This document shows, in pieces, positions 1-13,400 of a DNA stretch of 64,000 bases (positions within the stretch are counted from its first letter, which is position 1; each line of letters begins with the position of its first letter). A program made the translations under genes and the position numbers. This stretch comes from Octopus vulgaris (lineage: Eukaryota): assembly GCA_951406725.2 (NCBI GenBank), contig OX597825.1, forward strand, positions 79,236,001 to 79,300,000, given 5' to 3'. Under the pieces are notes generated by a model. The model was given only the letters and a program-made list of their open reading frames with translations, did not search any database and had not been told where the DNA came from.

Positions 1-1317
1 GATACAAACTTTCTATATTAACCCTTTAGCATTTCTAAAGAATAAACCATCACATTATCAAAACTTCAAAGCTGTAAGATAATGCATGACTAATTCAAAA
101 CAATTTGAGTAAAAAAAACATTATTACAATTAACAGAATAACCTGAACCCTGGAGGATTAAGGGATCGAATTAAAAATTTCCCATGAAAATTTCATGGTA
201 ATTTATGTCCCTATTACCAGCTTCATAATGATCAAGATATTTCAGTAAATCCTTTATCCTTCTATTCTTTTACTTGTTTGTCATTTTGATTACGGCCATG
301 TCGGAGCACCACCTTAGAGGGTTTTTAGTTGAAGCAATTGACCTCAGGACTTATTCTTTGTAAGCTTAGTACTTATTCTTAAGTTACAGAGATGTAAATG
401 CAGACACACCCACATAAATATATATGACAGGCTTCTTTAAGTTTCCTTCTACTAAATTCACTCACAAGGCTTTGGTCAGCCCGAGGCTAGAGTAGAAGAT
501 ACTTGCCCAAGGTGCCAGGCAGAGGGGCTGAACCTGGAACCATGTGGTTGAGAAGCAAGCTTCTTACCACACAACCATGCCTGTGCCTTTATTATTATTA
601 TTATTTTTTTTTTTTTTAATTAGCTGAACTAAAGAGGATGTATTTCAACAGAAATCTGGTAACAAAAGGGTTTTCGAAGCTGAAAACAACCAGGTTTCTA
701 CAAATTAATGAACCATAAACACAAAACCATGAAGTCACCCACTTTTGTAGCTTCCAAAAACATAGTGAAATGAAATTGCACCAGCTAACATACACCTTAC
801 ATATTCAGGGGGTTGAGCAGACCTAATTATTTACTAGACACTTTCAAAACCCCAACGAAATCCACTGTAGAGGTTTTCTGCAAGGCATTCAGAACTTGTT
901 ACTGTTTACCTTGTCAGGTTGGATTTTTGTCAGCTTCGATACTGACCCAACCAGGTCAACAACCAAACCCACCAGTTTTATTTTGATAAGAGAGAAGCTA
1001 AGAATACCTAAGGTAGCTATGTATGTGTTTCTACACATACAAACATATAAATATATATATATACACACACTCATACATATCGGACAATGAGTGCTCAACA
1101 CTGCATTGAGGGATAAAGATTATCTGTGTATGAAGGCCACCATTTGTTTCATGTTAAGGAAATTTTCAAAAATTATTCAAACACTAATTTTTCTTATGTG
1201 ATTGGCTTGAATAATTGTTAAAAATTTCCATAACAAGAAACCAACAGCCACCTAAATACATACATATACACACACAGGTGATTGCTTAATTTCTGCCAGG
1301 TTGTCTTCTTGAAATCT

Positions 1318-1352
<35 letters not shown>

Positions 1353-4283
1353 TCTATCATCATTACCATCAGCTGTTTAATGTCTATTTTTCTATGCCAG
1401 CTCGGTCCAGATGAAATTAATCGAGGAAAAATTTCTATAGCCAAACGCCATTCCTGGTGCCAATCATCACCTGTTTCCACTGGAGATTGAAAACAATTGG
1501 CACTGCTTATATGGCAGTGGAACTCGTTTACAACCATCACATGATGTCAAAGCAGAGAGGCAGAAACACATCCACATATACATATACACATACAACAGGT
1601 TTCCTGTGAACAAACCTATACACAAGGCTTTGGGTGACCCAAGGCTTAGAAGACACTTGGTCATGGTTCCAAGCAGTGAGATTGAACCTGAAACCATGCG
1701 GTTTGAAAATAAACTTAACTACACAGCTATCTACTTATCCATCTGTCTATACATACCTACATACAATGGTACATGTAGAATGGTCCAAATGTCAGGATCC
1801 AGAAGAAATCTGTCTTATAGACCATCATCATTTAATGTCCGCTTTCCATGCTGGCATGGGTTGGACGGTTTGACAAGAACTGGCATACTGGAGTGCTTCC
1901 CCAGGCCCCAGCTGTCTGTTTTGGCATCGTTTCTATGGCTTGATGCCCTTCCTAATACTAACCACTTTGCAGAGTGTACTGGGTGCTTTTTATGTGGCAC
2001 CAACACAGAAAAATACAGATTATTATTATTATTATTATTATTCTGAGTCCAAGGGTCAAGGCTTAGGCAAGATATTTTGGTAGTAATACTGTAATAGGAG
2101 GAATCTGTATCCATTATTATGACCTTTTCTTGTCTCTAAATCAGGTGACGTTCCTTTGCCATCACAACATAAAATGTGGTTGCAAACAAGACATTTGCTT
2201 CATCAAATTTTGCTACATTTTCTGGGCAGAATGAGATGAAATCTTTCCAAGTAGGTGGATTGGCAAACGAGAGTGAAAGGACTGCACAATGAGGTCTCTA
2301 AGTGTGACACCATTTCATTTGTTTCTGTGTGGGGAGTCAATTGAAGTCGGCAGGTTACATTAATATATCTAGAACTAGCCATGCTATAAACGGGGACATT
2401 AAACATTTATTGAGAGTTTCATTAAAATAAAGTTCCTCTTTTCACGGAAGCTGATATTTGGGACAATCTCTCAATGAGTGTAGATGAATGTGTGTGTGTG
2501 TGTGTACACATACAAATACATAAATGTGTGTAAAAAGAAAATAAATATATTTTCATTCATTTCACATCCATTTTTTTTCATGCTAGCAGAGGTTGAATGA
2601 CAAATGTACGTACATACATACACATGTAAATACATAGGTGTTTACAAATATATATATATTTATATATATTAAAATGAATATAGGGTACGAAAAATTATAG
2701 AAATTTTTTTTCTGCCAGTGGCCTAGTATGTATACAAAGTCAACAGACATATTTTTCACATAAAAATTAGTGTACATTTAAGTACAAAGAGGCGAGCCAT
2801 CACAGGTTGCCTAACATACTAGAAAGAACTGTTCTTTCTAGTAGGTTAGGTAACCTGTGAAGGCTCGCCTCTTTGTACACTAATTTCTATATATATATTC
2901 AAATTACAATGAAAGTAAACAAAGTTTGCTTTAGAAGCGTTGAGATGTATTGAAAGATACAGATAAGGAAATAAATTTATTCTCAAACGCAGAATAACAC
3001 TAAGAGAATAGCATCAACAGGATAAGCATGAACAGCTGGCAAAGTTTTTCTGCAAAATATAGTTTATCCCGTTCATGCTATTCTGTTAGCATTATTCTGC
3101 ATTTGAGAATAAATTATTTCCTTATCTGTGAGTATATATACACACACACACACACAAATATAAATTCATTACATAATTACATGTGATGTATATACTGCCT
3201 TTCCTCCTTTCCTGATGAAGGACTAGTGACTGAAACATTAAAAACCCATTCCTTTCAAGTATTACACTAATAACAGCTTTGTTAAAACTTATTCCCTCTG
3301 GTGTTTTTTCTTCTTTGTGCTAAATCATCATATATATATATGTGTGTGTGTGAGTGTATAATTGTTTGTGTTTATGAACATGTACACACACACACATGAA
3401 TGTACACAAGCATGTGTGTGTATAGATATACACATGTTTATATAATTCTAAAACCCACTTCTTCATGCATGCATGAATACAAGTATATTCATGTATATGT
3501 ACATATATATATATATATATATAGATACGTATACATATATATATGAGTATATATAAACACATATACACACAGATAATTTGTTACACGAATATATCTAGAT
3601 ATAGACATATAAACACACACATTTCAGCAACACTTTTTCATCCCACTTCTAAACCACCTATCAGTTTTCCACTCTTCCAAGTTCATCCAAGAATTCCATC
3701 ATATTCTTCCAAATAGTTCCACTTCCTAAATAAATGGTAAAGTGGAACAATCAGGAAATAAGAAACTGGGTTTCACCATTACCTTTTTGCTTCAAAGTTA
3801 CCATCACCACCACCACAGCCACCACCCTCTCATTTGCCCCACTATCACCACTCTTATTTTTTCTCTCCATAGACTTAGCAGAAGAAAGGGATCTTCTTTG
3901 ACCTTGCGTTGTTTGTTGTTGAGGGTGGTAGTGGTGGTGGTCGTGGTTGTAATGTAGATATCTTTTTCCCTTCGTTTTCCTCAAACGGAAAATTTTTAAA
4001 AACCCTTCATATCTTACCTGTCACTTGTTTCAGTCATTTGACTGTGGCCATACTTGAGCACAAAACATTTTTTTGGGGGGACGGGGGCTTTATGTTGCAT
4101 GGGATTCGTAGTAAGGGATGGACAACAACAACAAGGAGAAGATTGAAGAAGAAAGGAGAGAAAACAAATAGCAGAAAAAAGGAGGAGAAAACGAGAAGAT
4201 AGCAGAAGACAAGGGGGTAGGGTGGAAGAAATGGCTAATAAGCAGTGTGGTGTAGTGGTGAAGGGTTGAGGAGGTTCAGGGGT

Positions 4284-4442
4284 TCAGGAAGTTAACTCTT
4301 GTAGCTGTATGAGTATATCTTTGTCTACGTTGGCCATAAGTTGGTCAAACAGTAACTGACCATGGAGCTGCTGGCATATGGTCAGCTGTGAGACTACAAA
4401 TTCTTTGAGAGACACTGCATGCACTGGATCGTGGCGCAACAA
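4284..4442 (-). CDS. IPO11: IPO11 terminal coding exon 26 (LLRHDPVHAVSLKEFV...QLQELTS*)
   Basis: 159 nt including TGA, tttcag acceptor. Confidence 0.93.
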   Translation of the reverse strand: MLRHDPVHAVSLKEFVVSQLTICQQLHGQLLFDQLMANVDKDILIQLQELTS

Positions 4443-7400
4443 CTGAAACGAGAAAGGGACAATGGTTACAGACGGATACATTATTGCCAACGTGTTGTTG
4501 GACAGGTCACTAATAACGGTGCCAGAGTGGTTTGTGAGCGGAAATCCCAGACCAGCCCTGCAGTTTGCAGACAGACAGTCAAATAACTAAGTGAAACCAT
4601 GTGTTTATGTGAGAGAGAGAGAGATTATGTTCCTAACACTGAGCTGAATGATAACAAAGTTATTTTACTAAATTCTTTGTTATATTTAAAGTAATTGAAA
4701 GAAATACAGAACATCTCAAGATAAATACAGTAACGAAAGGGTTAATGCTTAGGAAAAGTTTAGTGCAAAAAAGACAGGCACAATATAGCTTGAGGAGTTC
4801 TAGTTTTGTTCCAAGTCCAACCCTGATCAAACACACTTAGAACAATTAGTCCTCAAGTCACGGTTCATTTTGGCTGAAGGACAGCAGTTTTAGAAGGAGT
4901 GGGCAAATCAATTACACTGACCCCAGTACTTGACTGGTACTTTATTTTTATTGACCCCCCAAAAAATAATGAAAGGATAAGTTGACCTCAGCAGAATTTG
5001 AACTCACCATTTGCTTTCGTTTTTCATGCTCTGTATCTGTGTTTTCTTCAGTGCTCTCAGCATCTTCTTCTTCTCCAATAACAAGACAACTGGAAAAATA
5101 AAACAATATTTTTACAATTCATTTTACATGGAACGCTTTCCCCACAATTCCACAGTAGTTATTTGGTACCTATCATTTTAAATCGACCACATTAATTACC
5201 AACAATTAAAATATCCCCATCATCAGCATCGTTACTGTTGCATGATGAAGACTGGGTCTTCAGATTCATCATTTGTGAATTTACTACATTCTTTCCTTTA
5301 ACTATTCGTCAACAAATTGAAGCATCTCAAGGCAATACAGTAATAAGAAAGAAAACTCAGATGGAATGGTCACTGCTGGAATTATCTTTTACAATATGCA
5401 ATGTGAAATGAAGTGTTTTGCTCAAGAACATAACATAATGCCTGGTTCAGAAATCAAACCCAAGATCTGGCAATCTGGAGTGCAACACCCAAACCATTAG
5501 GCCATGCACCTTTACAAGTTAAAATGCAGTAAAATAGTGCAATTTATACACAGGTAAATATGGAAATAATTTTATTAAAAAAAGTGATTTCAATAAAGTA
5601 TATATTTCCCTCTCTTTGTCACACACCCTGAAATACCATCTTGTACCCCAAGAAATTATGAATATCCCAGACAGGGAATCCCTTTCTTAACCCTTTCGTT
5701 ACCAAACCGCCCAAAGCCGCCCGAAAAAAATTTTGGTTAATGTGACCAAACCGCCCAAATTTACCTATTCATATTTAAATGAGAATATCAGAGCAAATCT
5801 CTTTAGTACATTCATGAAAACACGTATTACACTTCGTAAAGAGTTCAACTACAGTTTTGTACAAAAATCGAAGTGTAATTTTAATTCCGTGAATTTTGAG
5901 AGATTTTTTTCCGAAATTTGTTCCTTTTGTGTTTTCAAAATTTGTAATTCTGACAAAAAATGGATACGAATTTCATTATATCAAGCAACGAGTCAGAATT
6001 CGAAGGATTTTCTACTGAAGATCTTCATAAATCTAACTCTATGACTGAAAAAAAAAAAGCATGTGGTATTTGATAATGAATCTGATGTTTCATTTTCCGA
6101 AAGTGAAAACAGTGAATCCGAGATCTCCGACAGCAACAAAGAAAATGAATTGGCACCTGAATGGAGTGAAAATTTAAAAACTGTTTCTTTCGGTGATTTT
6201 TCTGAAGAAACTGGACCAACCCACAGACTTTCCCAGGAGAGTAAAGCCTTAGACTATTTCTTTTTACTTTTTCGAATAAGCCTATTTGAAATCATTATGG
6301 CGGAAACGAACTGTTACGCTAAACGTAAACAAAGCGAAAGAAACGATAGTTTGTGGTTTCCCACAACCTTAAATGAAATTAAGACTATTTTGCCATAAAT
6401 ATTATTATGGGTATCAGAAAGTTACCCAGAATAACAAATTCTATCGTAAAATTTTGTTGTATACCCAATTGAATATTAGCTAATAACCCGTTTTCTATAG
6501 CGATGTTTGAACAAAATTTTGATAATTTTATATTTTGTTGAATTTACCTGTATCTACCTGCAATTAGAGTCACTTTGTGACAAAAATTATAGTATAGAAT
6601 TGGTTGAGAATATTTCATTAAATTATCTTCCAAAAATCAGATTAATATATCGATAAATAAAAAAGTTATAGTTGTTTAATGAAACCAGACTAAATTTATG
6701 ATTACGTTAGAAATTAATTGAAACACATAAGGGGTGTATTTTGGTCAGAAATATAGTAACGAAAGGGTTAACAGATAGCAAAGTAAAAGTGAAACTAGAT
6801 ATAAAATAGTTTCTCCAACTTACTCTGTCTGCTTTCCCGTATCGCAGTCAGCACGACAAATGTCATGTAGAACTTCAACACACACATTCAGGATTCCAGA
6901 AAATCTCTCTGTTATAGGGCTGAAACAAGTGAAATGGCGGGAAAAGAAAGAAAGAAAAAAAAAAAGCTGATAATTAAGATTTTTAAAAATACGCTTAAAA
7001 AGATTGATAATCAATTTCTTGTTCTTCAGCAGGATTTGAACTCAGAATGTAAAGGGGCATATAGAAACACTGCAAAGCAATTTGTCTATCAGGCTACAGA
7101 TTTTGCCAATCCACAACATCAGTAGCTACTTAGTAACACACCAGTTGTAACAACACATATATCTAAAGAAGTTATTGCTACATCTCACTACAATGTAGAG
7201 CAATATCTGCTGCTAAAAAGACAGAGCAGAAAAATAATCAAATATCAGATAAGACAGGAACCAAGGAGGTTAAGTGGTGGTGGTCTGCATTGGGCCTGTA
7301 TAATTAGTGAACCTACACTGAAGCTAATGGGTATTGGAATTCCTAGGAATATCTGATAATCTCCATGTCACATACCAAAATGTTAAAAAAAAACAAAAAC

Positions 7401-10400
7401 AAAACACATACACCAGATTATGTAATTTTAGATAGATCCACCATCATGTATCACCTTTATAGCTCTTGTCAAACAGTCCAACCCATGCCAGCATGGAAAA
7501 CGGATGTTAAATGATGATGATGAGAGATAGATCACAGCTTGAATGTTTTTGATCATAGGTCTGCTCAATCATGACTGTCTTGGAGTTAAACACCTCCCAC
7601 ACACACACACAAACTCAGAACCACATTAGTACAAGGGGTTACAAGAACAGAAAAACGGTGAGACAAACCTCAAGTTCATGGTAAGTAGTGAAGACAACGC
7701 CAGGGCTGATAACTTGCGGTGCTCAGGTTTGGTTATGGAATCCATCTTCTCAAACCACAAATCCAGTAACATGCCAAGTAATGTCCGACTCTGGAAAACA
7801 ATGACATTGTACGTTTAGGGAAAGAGAATTAGAACAAATGTTTAAAGAATTATTTAACATGCATGCATACATATTGTTGACATCATGTGAATTTATAAAC
7901 TTTCAAGAGAATGAGGAATTATTCCTTTTTGGAACTGGCACTCGAAGAACATAAAGCTATAAATAATCGCAGGTAAAATATAGAATTGAAAAGCCCTTTT
8001 GAATGAAAGAAGTCAAAGGGTGCCCATGGGACACGAACCAACCACTCTGGTGGAAACGACAAGCATTCTACTGTTGTAATCAACACAATCCTTGCAATTT
8101 CTCTACTCATTTTAGAAACATTATTCTGTCAGGTCAGCAAGAGATGTGGGTTTGAATCCCAAGGGTAGCCTTCAACTCTTTCTATCCCAAATGGTTCTTC
8201 AACCAAATATTTACACAATATTATTTATAGCTTACAAGTAATTTGAGAGCCAGTTCCTATATATATATACCGTAAATCCTTGAGTATAATCCGCATTTTT
8301 TCCCCAAAATTTAAAGGTCAAAATCCCTAGTGCGTACTATATACGAGGTTAAAAATGAAAACTATTTTCTAAGCAATGTCTGAGTCTCTATTTGCTGTCC
8401 GGCAATGTTTATTCAGACGCATTTTGTGATGTCGGGTGTTGAAATACCTTAAGCTAAGCCTGAAAGCAATGAAGTCATAAAAGAATCATCCATAACTTGC
8501 AGTAAGCAACATTTATTAAACGTTATTATTGTTATTTTCTGCTAGCAAAATGCGCAAAAAAGCTACACGTTTGCATTATGTTATATATATATATAATAAT
8601 AATAAAGGATGTTACCGTATACAGTTTAACAAACCAAGGACGTTATATAGACCTCCTTGACTCAAGTTAGAGAAGGGGTGCGTATTATACACAAGGTTTA
8701 GGTTTTTCAGAGGTACAGCCCCCTAAAAATCCCCTGCGTATTATATTCGAGGATTTACGGTATACATATTTATTCTTGTTATGAAATTTGCACCCCCACC
8801 CCCAATCTGTTATAAACAGGGTATTTTTTTTACCAGCTTGGGATGTGGATTGAAATGACTAGTGTCTCAACTTTGGTTCACTGAGATTGGCTTAGCTTTC
8901 TTTAAGCTAATGGAACGAAAAAAAAGTCTAATCAAAGGGTCTAAATGCCTAATCTCATGGTATAACAAGATTCTGTACACATTCACACTGAATTAGTAGT
9001 ACTCTAATAACTAACCAATTAACCAGTTAATTAACCATTCAAATTTGACATTACCTCTTTGTCCATTTTAGCAGACTCCTGTGCAAGGAATGACCAGAAA
9101 TACTCCTGATTCTGCAGAAGGACACGGCCAAGGATATACAGTTGCATTGATAGCACAGTAACCAATTCCTGCAAATAGACAAAATAAACATTCATAGCAG
9201 CACAGTAAATAATTCTTTTCATATAAAGCAGGAGTGGGGACAGATTTTAGTGCGGTGGGCAAAAGTTTCCGAAGGAAGAGGTCCGCAGGCAGATCACAAA
9301 TTCTAATTCTTATATCTGTGTAAATCTTGTATATATCCATGTATAATTCGATATACATTAATAAAGATAAGTTTAACACATTAAATTAATGTGTAACATC
9401 ATTAATACCATCACTGAATTTAAGACGTTTATATTACTTAGGAGGTATTCTATATTTTTCAGCTGAAGTGTAGTAGGGTCTCAAGGGGGTGGTACAAACA
9501 TAGTAATATGTGTTTATAGTGAAAACAAAATTTCCATTCAAATGGCAATTAAAGGACAATTTTTTGTTCGAGTCTGACCGTTTTAAGTCATAGGGGAAAC
9601 ATGACCCATGTCGCAAATAGACATACGGATATTGTATAAATTTTATAATTGAAAAATTTACAATATTTTCCACATACGAGTATATCAGCCTGATATAAAG
9701 GTATTTGTTTCCTTATCTTTGGATTGGTGATGGGGCCACATGAAAAGCACTAAGAGCACTCTGTAAAGTGATTGGTGTTAGGAAGGGCATCCAGTTGCAG
9801 AACCCTGCCAAAACAGGCGATGGAGCCTGGTGTGGCTCCTAGCCTTGCCAGCTCCTGCCAAACCATCCAACTGATGCCAGCATGGAAAACAGACATTAAA
9901 TGATAATGATGATGTCAGGAGGCAAAGCAATGCCCACGATCCTTTACAGGGTCTCCAAGACTGGTTCAAAGAAGAGAGGCTTTTACAGGGGCCGCTGAGA
10001 TTGTTAAAGAAAGAGGGAGGAAGGTATCCTGAGACTGAAGATTGGGCTCCATGGAATCCTGATAGGGGCTCCATGGAATCCCATCAGATGTTCTTGAATT
10101 CTACGAGTCCAGCAATTTAGATTGGTACCTTTTCTTTTTTTTTTTTTATCAACCCCTGAAAAGATAAAAGGCAAAGTTGGCCTTGATGTGATTCAAACTC
10201 GGAACACAGAGAGCTGGAATAAATTCTGATATCACAGTAATCAAACCTTGTAAACAGTCAAGACAAACATTGGTAACACATAATTGATTCCACTGACACT
10301 TAAAACATTTAAATGGCCATATCTGACTCAAATACTCTTTGCTTATGTTAAAATTGGCCCGGTCCAGCCTCTCATACCTACCCAGCAATGTCATTCTAAA

Positions 10401-13400
10401 AATAAATTAATCACATAATCGAAATCTCGAAGCTACAAAATAATGTATGTTTAATTTAAAATATGAATAAATAAGAATTGCATTTGACAGAAAGATCTGA
10501 ATGCTGAAGGGTTTACACGTTAAACAAATGAAAAACGCTCAACAATAATTCAGTCTGTTTAATCACACACACACACATTCCTACCATCCTTCCCTCAAGC
10601 TAATGAGGGAGCCTTCACATGGTAACAATTCAAGAAGCTAAAAACAGCAGCCAAACCACTCTCAGATCACATCCTTACATTTTTTTTAGAAAAAGGCCAT
10701 ATTTGATAATGTAGTCTCAGACAGATTGCATACCAACCAGAACAACATTGCAATCATCATCATCATCACCACACACACACACACACACCTCATGCAGACA
10801 GACTGAGAAAGGAGGTGATGTTACTTACGTTATTCTCTAAGGTAGTTTTGAAAATGTGGGAAAGCAGAGGTTGGAACACTTGAGGAGCTTCCAAGGGGAA
10901 TGATTGGAAAATTAGTTCAACTGCCTGTTTAAAGAAAAACAAAATATGAGAGAAAGAGAGAGAGACCTTTAACCTGTCACAAAACTAACAAATAGAAAAT
11001 ACAGGGCAAGAGAGAGTCTGCATGTTTGTTTGGTCAACTAAAAATTGCATGCTTTTATGATCTGCCATCAATAGATGATCTTAGGAAGAAGGTAGAACAT
11101 GGAGGCCTTGCAAACAGGAAATTCAGAGGGTTAAGCAAGAATATACATGGAATACATGGCTTAGTGGTTAGAGCAGAGGACCTGCGGTCGAGGGATTGCA
11201 GGTTTGAATCTCAGACCGGGTAATGTGTGGGTTTATGAGTGAAACACTTAAGTTCCATGCGGCTCCAGCAGAAGGTAATGGCAAACTTCTGACTCTTTCA
11301 CCCCAACACACACACACATATATGTACGTGTGTGTATGATTGTGTTTGTTCCCCACAACTGGTGTGGGTTTGTTTGTGTTTCTGTAGCCTAGTGGCTTTG
11401 CTAAAGGAGACTTATGAAGTACAAGGTTTTTACAAAAAAAAAAAAAAAAAAAAAAAAAAGTGTTGCAGTTAAATTTTTTTCAACTATCCCCATGAAATTG
11501 GTGCCCCAGCATGACCGCAGTCCAATGACTGAAACAAGTAAACAAGTAGAAGATAAAAGATACCTTTAATATCAGCAAGATTCCATCGGTTCTGATATCT
11601 GTTATCAGACTGGAAAATGACATCACAATGTCCTGGGAAAATCTCTGAAAATCAAAATGAATATTATTATTATGAGTCTTGGTGGTGTTGTCAGGAGGAA
11701 TAATGAAATTATCCTTTCATGTATTAATCAAATAAACAGCCCCTTTCACAATTACCATCACCTTCCAAATTACTACGGCTTACCTTTATAATGCGGGGTA
11801 ACCAGACACTTTATTTCCCATTGCTCCAGTTCACTCAACCGTAGAAATGAATTGTGAAGCCACTGGTGCCAAGCTGGAATGGCCCTTTGCCTTCCCTTTG
11901 GATAACATCAGTGGTATGGAGAAGGGAGGCTGGTATGCATGGGTGACTGCTGGTCTTCCCTAAAAAACCTTGCCCAGATTTGTGTCTTGTAGGGGAACTC
12001 TCTAGGTGCAATCCCATGGTCATTCATGACTGATGGGCATCTTCACCCTAGACTTGTGTATCTCCTCTAATGCAAGAGGCCTGTTCTTGTTCCTCTGTCA
12101 TATTTTAGCCTCTTAGTACCTAGCATTTAACTACTCCCCTTAGTCAGTGGAGCTGAGCCCTTCTTTTTCGGTTCTTTCCTGTCTTGCAACTTACATGGTG
12201 ATCTCACTGGTGTTGGTAGTATGAAAAAGAGCAGCCTGTGCATACTGTAAGGTGGTTGACATTAGGAAGGGCATCCAACCACAAAAAACATGCCAATGCT
12301 GGCACTGGAGCTCATTTAACGTCAGACTTCCACGCTGGGGCATGGGTCGAATGGTTTGACAGGAGCTGGCAAGTCAGAGGACTGTACTGAGCTCCATTGC
12401 TTTGGCAAGGTTTTTATGGTTTGTTGCCCTTCCTAATGCCAACCACTTCACAGATTGTATTGGGTGCTTCTGATGTGGCACCAACACCAGCAAGGTCCGT
12501 TTTGGCATGATTTTCAATAGCCGAGTGCCCTTCCTAATGCCAACCACTTTACAGTATGGACTGGATGCTTTTTATGTGGCACCAGCACAGGTGAGGTCCC
12601 CACGTAACTGGCAAGACAAAAATCTTTTAATGGGGTGGGGGAATACTGAAAGAGGTGGCTTTGTGCCTGATCCTGCCAAGCAGTTCAGCCCATGCTAACA
12701 TAGAAAATGATGATGACGACATTTAATTTGAGAACAGCACAAAAGAAAGACAGGAAGAAATAGCAAACATACCTGCATAAATTCTTTTTGTCCTAGAACT
12801 ACATAAGCTTCAACTATCTTAAGACACACTTTCAGGTCCTCATTTCCAAACTCTGCAAAAGTTAAAACAAAATTTCATTTTTACGTTTAAATATTTGTTG
12901 TGCAAGATTTTTTAGGTGAAATCGTGTGTTGAAACAGATATTGTTGTATTTCGGAATGGTCATTTTGCCAGTTTAGCACACAGAGATATAAGCATGCGCA
13001 AAGGAAGACACATACAATAGAAATACAAAATGGCTGACGGTTAGTAAGGAGAGACACACAAATAAGAAAGAAGAAAGCAAAGGACCACTGATGCGGTCAC
13101 AGGAGTGTGACGAAAGAACTCTGGCGAAATAAGATTAAGATTAATGTAAAAAATAAATAACACTGAAGCAAAGTAACACCAAATATATAGTGTGTGTGTT
13201 TTTATTGGCTAAACTGGCAAAATGACCATTCCTAAATACAACAATAAAATTTCATTTTCCAATATTAAAATGCTTTCGGATCCTATTCCTTAGTAAAAGG
13301 CAGCAATCTGCCAATTTGGCAAAGTCAGTAGAATTTTGGAGAGAATCCTCATCAACAATTAATAACCATTTTCCCCATGCTTGCATGAGTCAGACTAAAT

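Noticed and set aside
620-1010. Unique-looking stretch with a possible minus-strand donor near 908
   Set aside because: No recognisable homology or convincing exon; could be distal UTR or intergenic.
1606-2046. Long ORFs with recurring motifs such as NVRFPCWHGLDGL and WMPFLMPTT
   Set aside because: Translations of SINE copies, recurring at many loci; not genes.
2100-2460. Higher-complexity segment, possible exon or old LINE fragment
   Set aside because: No recognisable motif or sustained ORF; cannot be supported without a search.
11155-11222. tRNA-like sequence with A and B boxes
   Set aside because: It is a SINE head continuing into CORE-like sequence and lacks a proper acceptor stem.
10925-11563. 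Possible second U12 intron (GTATCTTT donor, TTCTTTAAAC near acceptor)
   Set aside because: The donor lacks the CC at +5/+6 and derives from a SINE tail. The putative branch motif is only about 4 nt from the AG, too close for U12.
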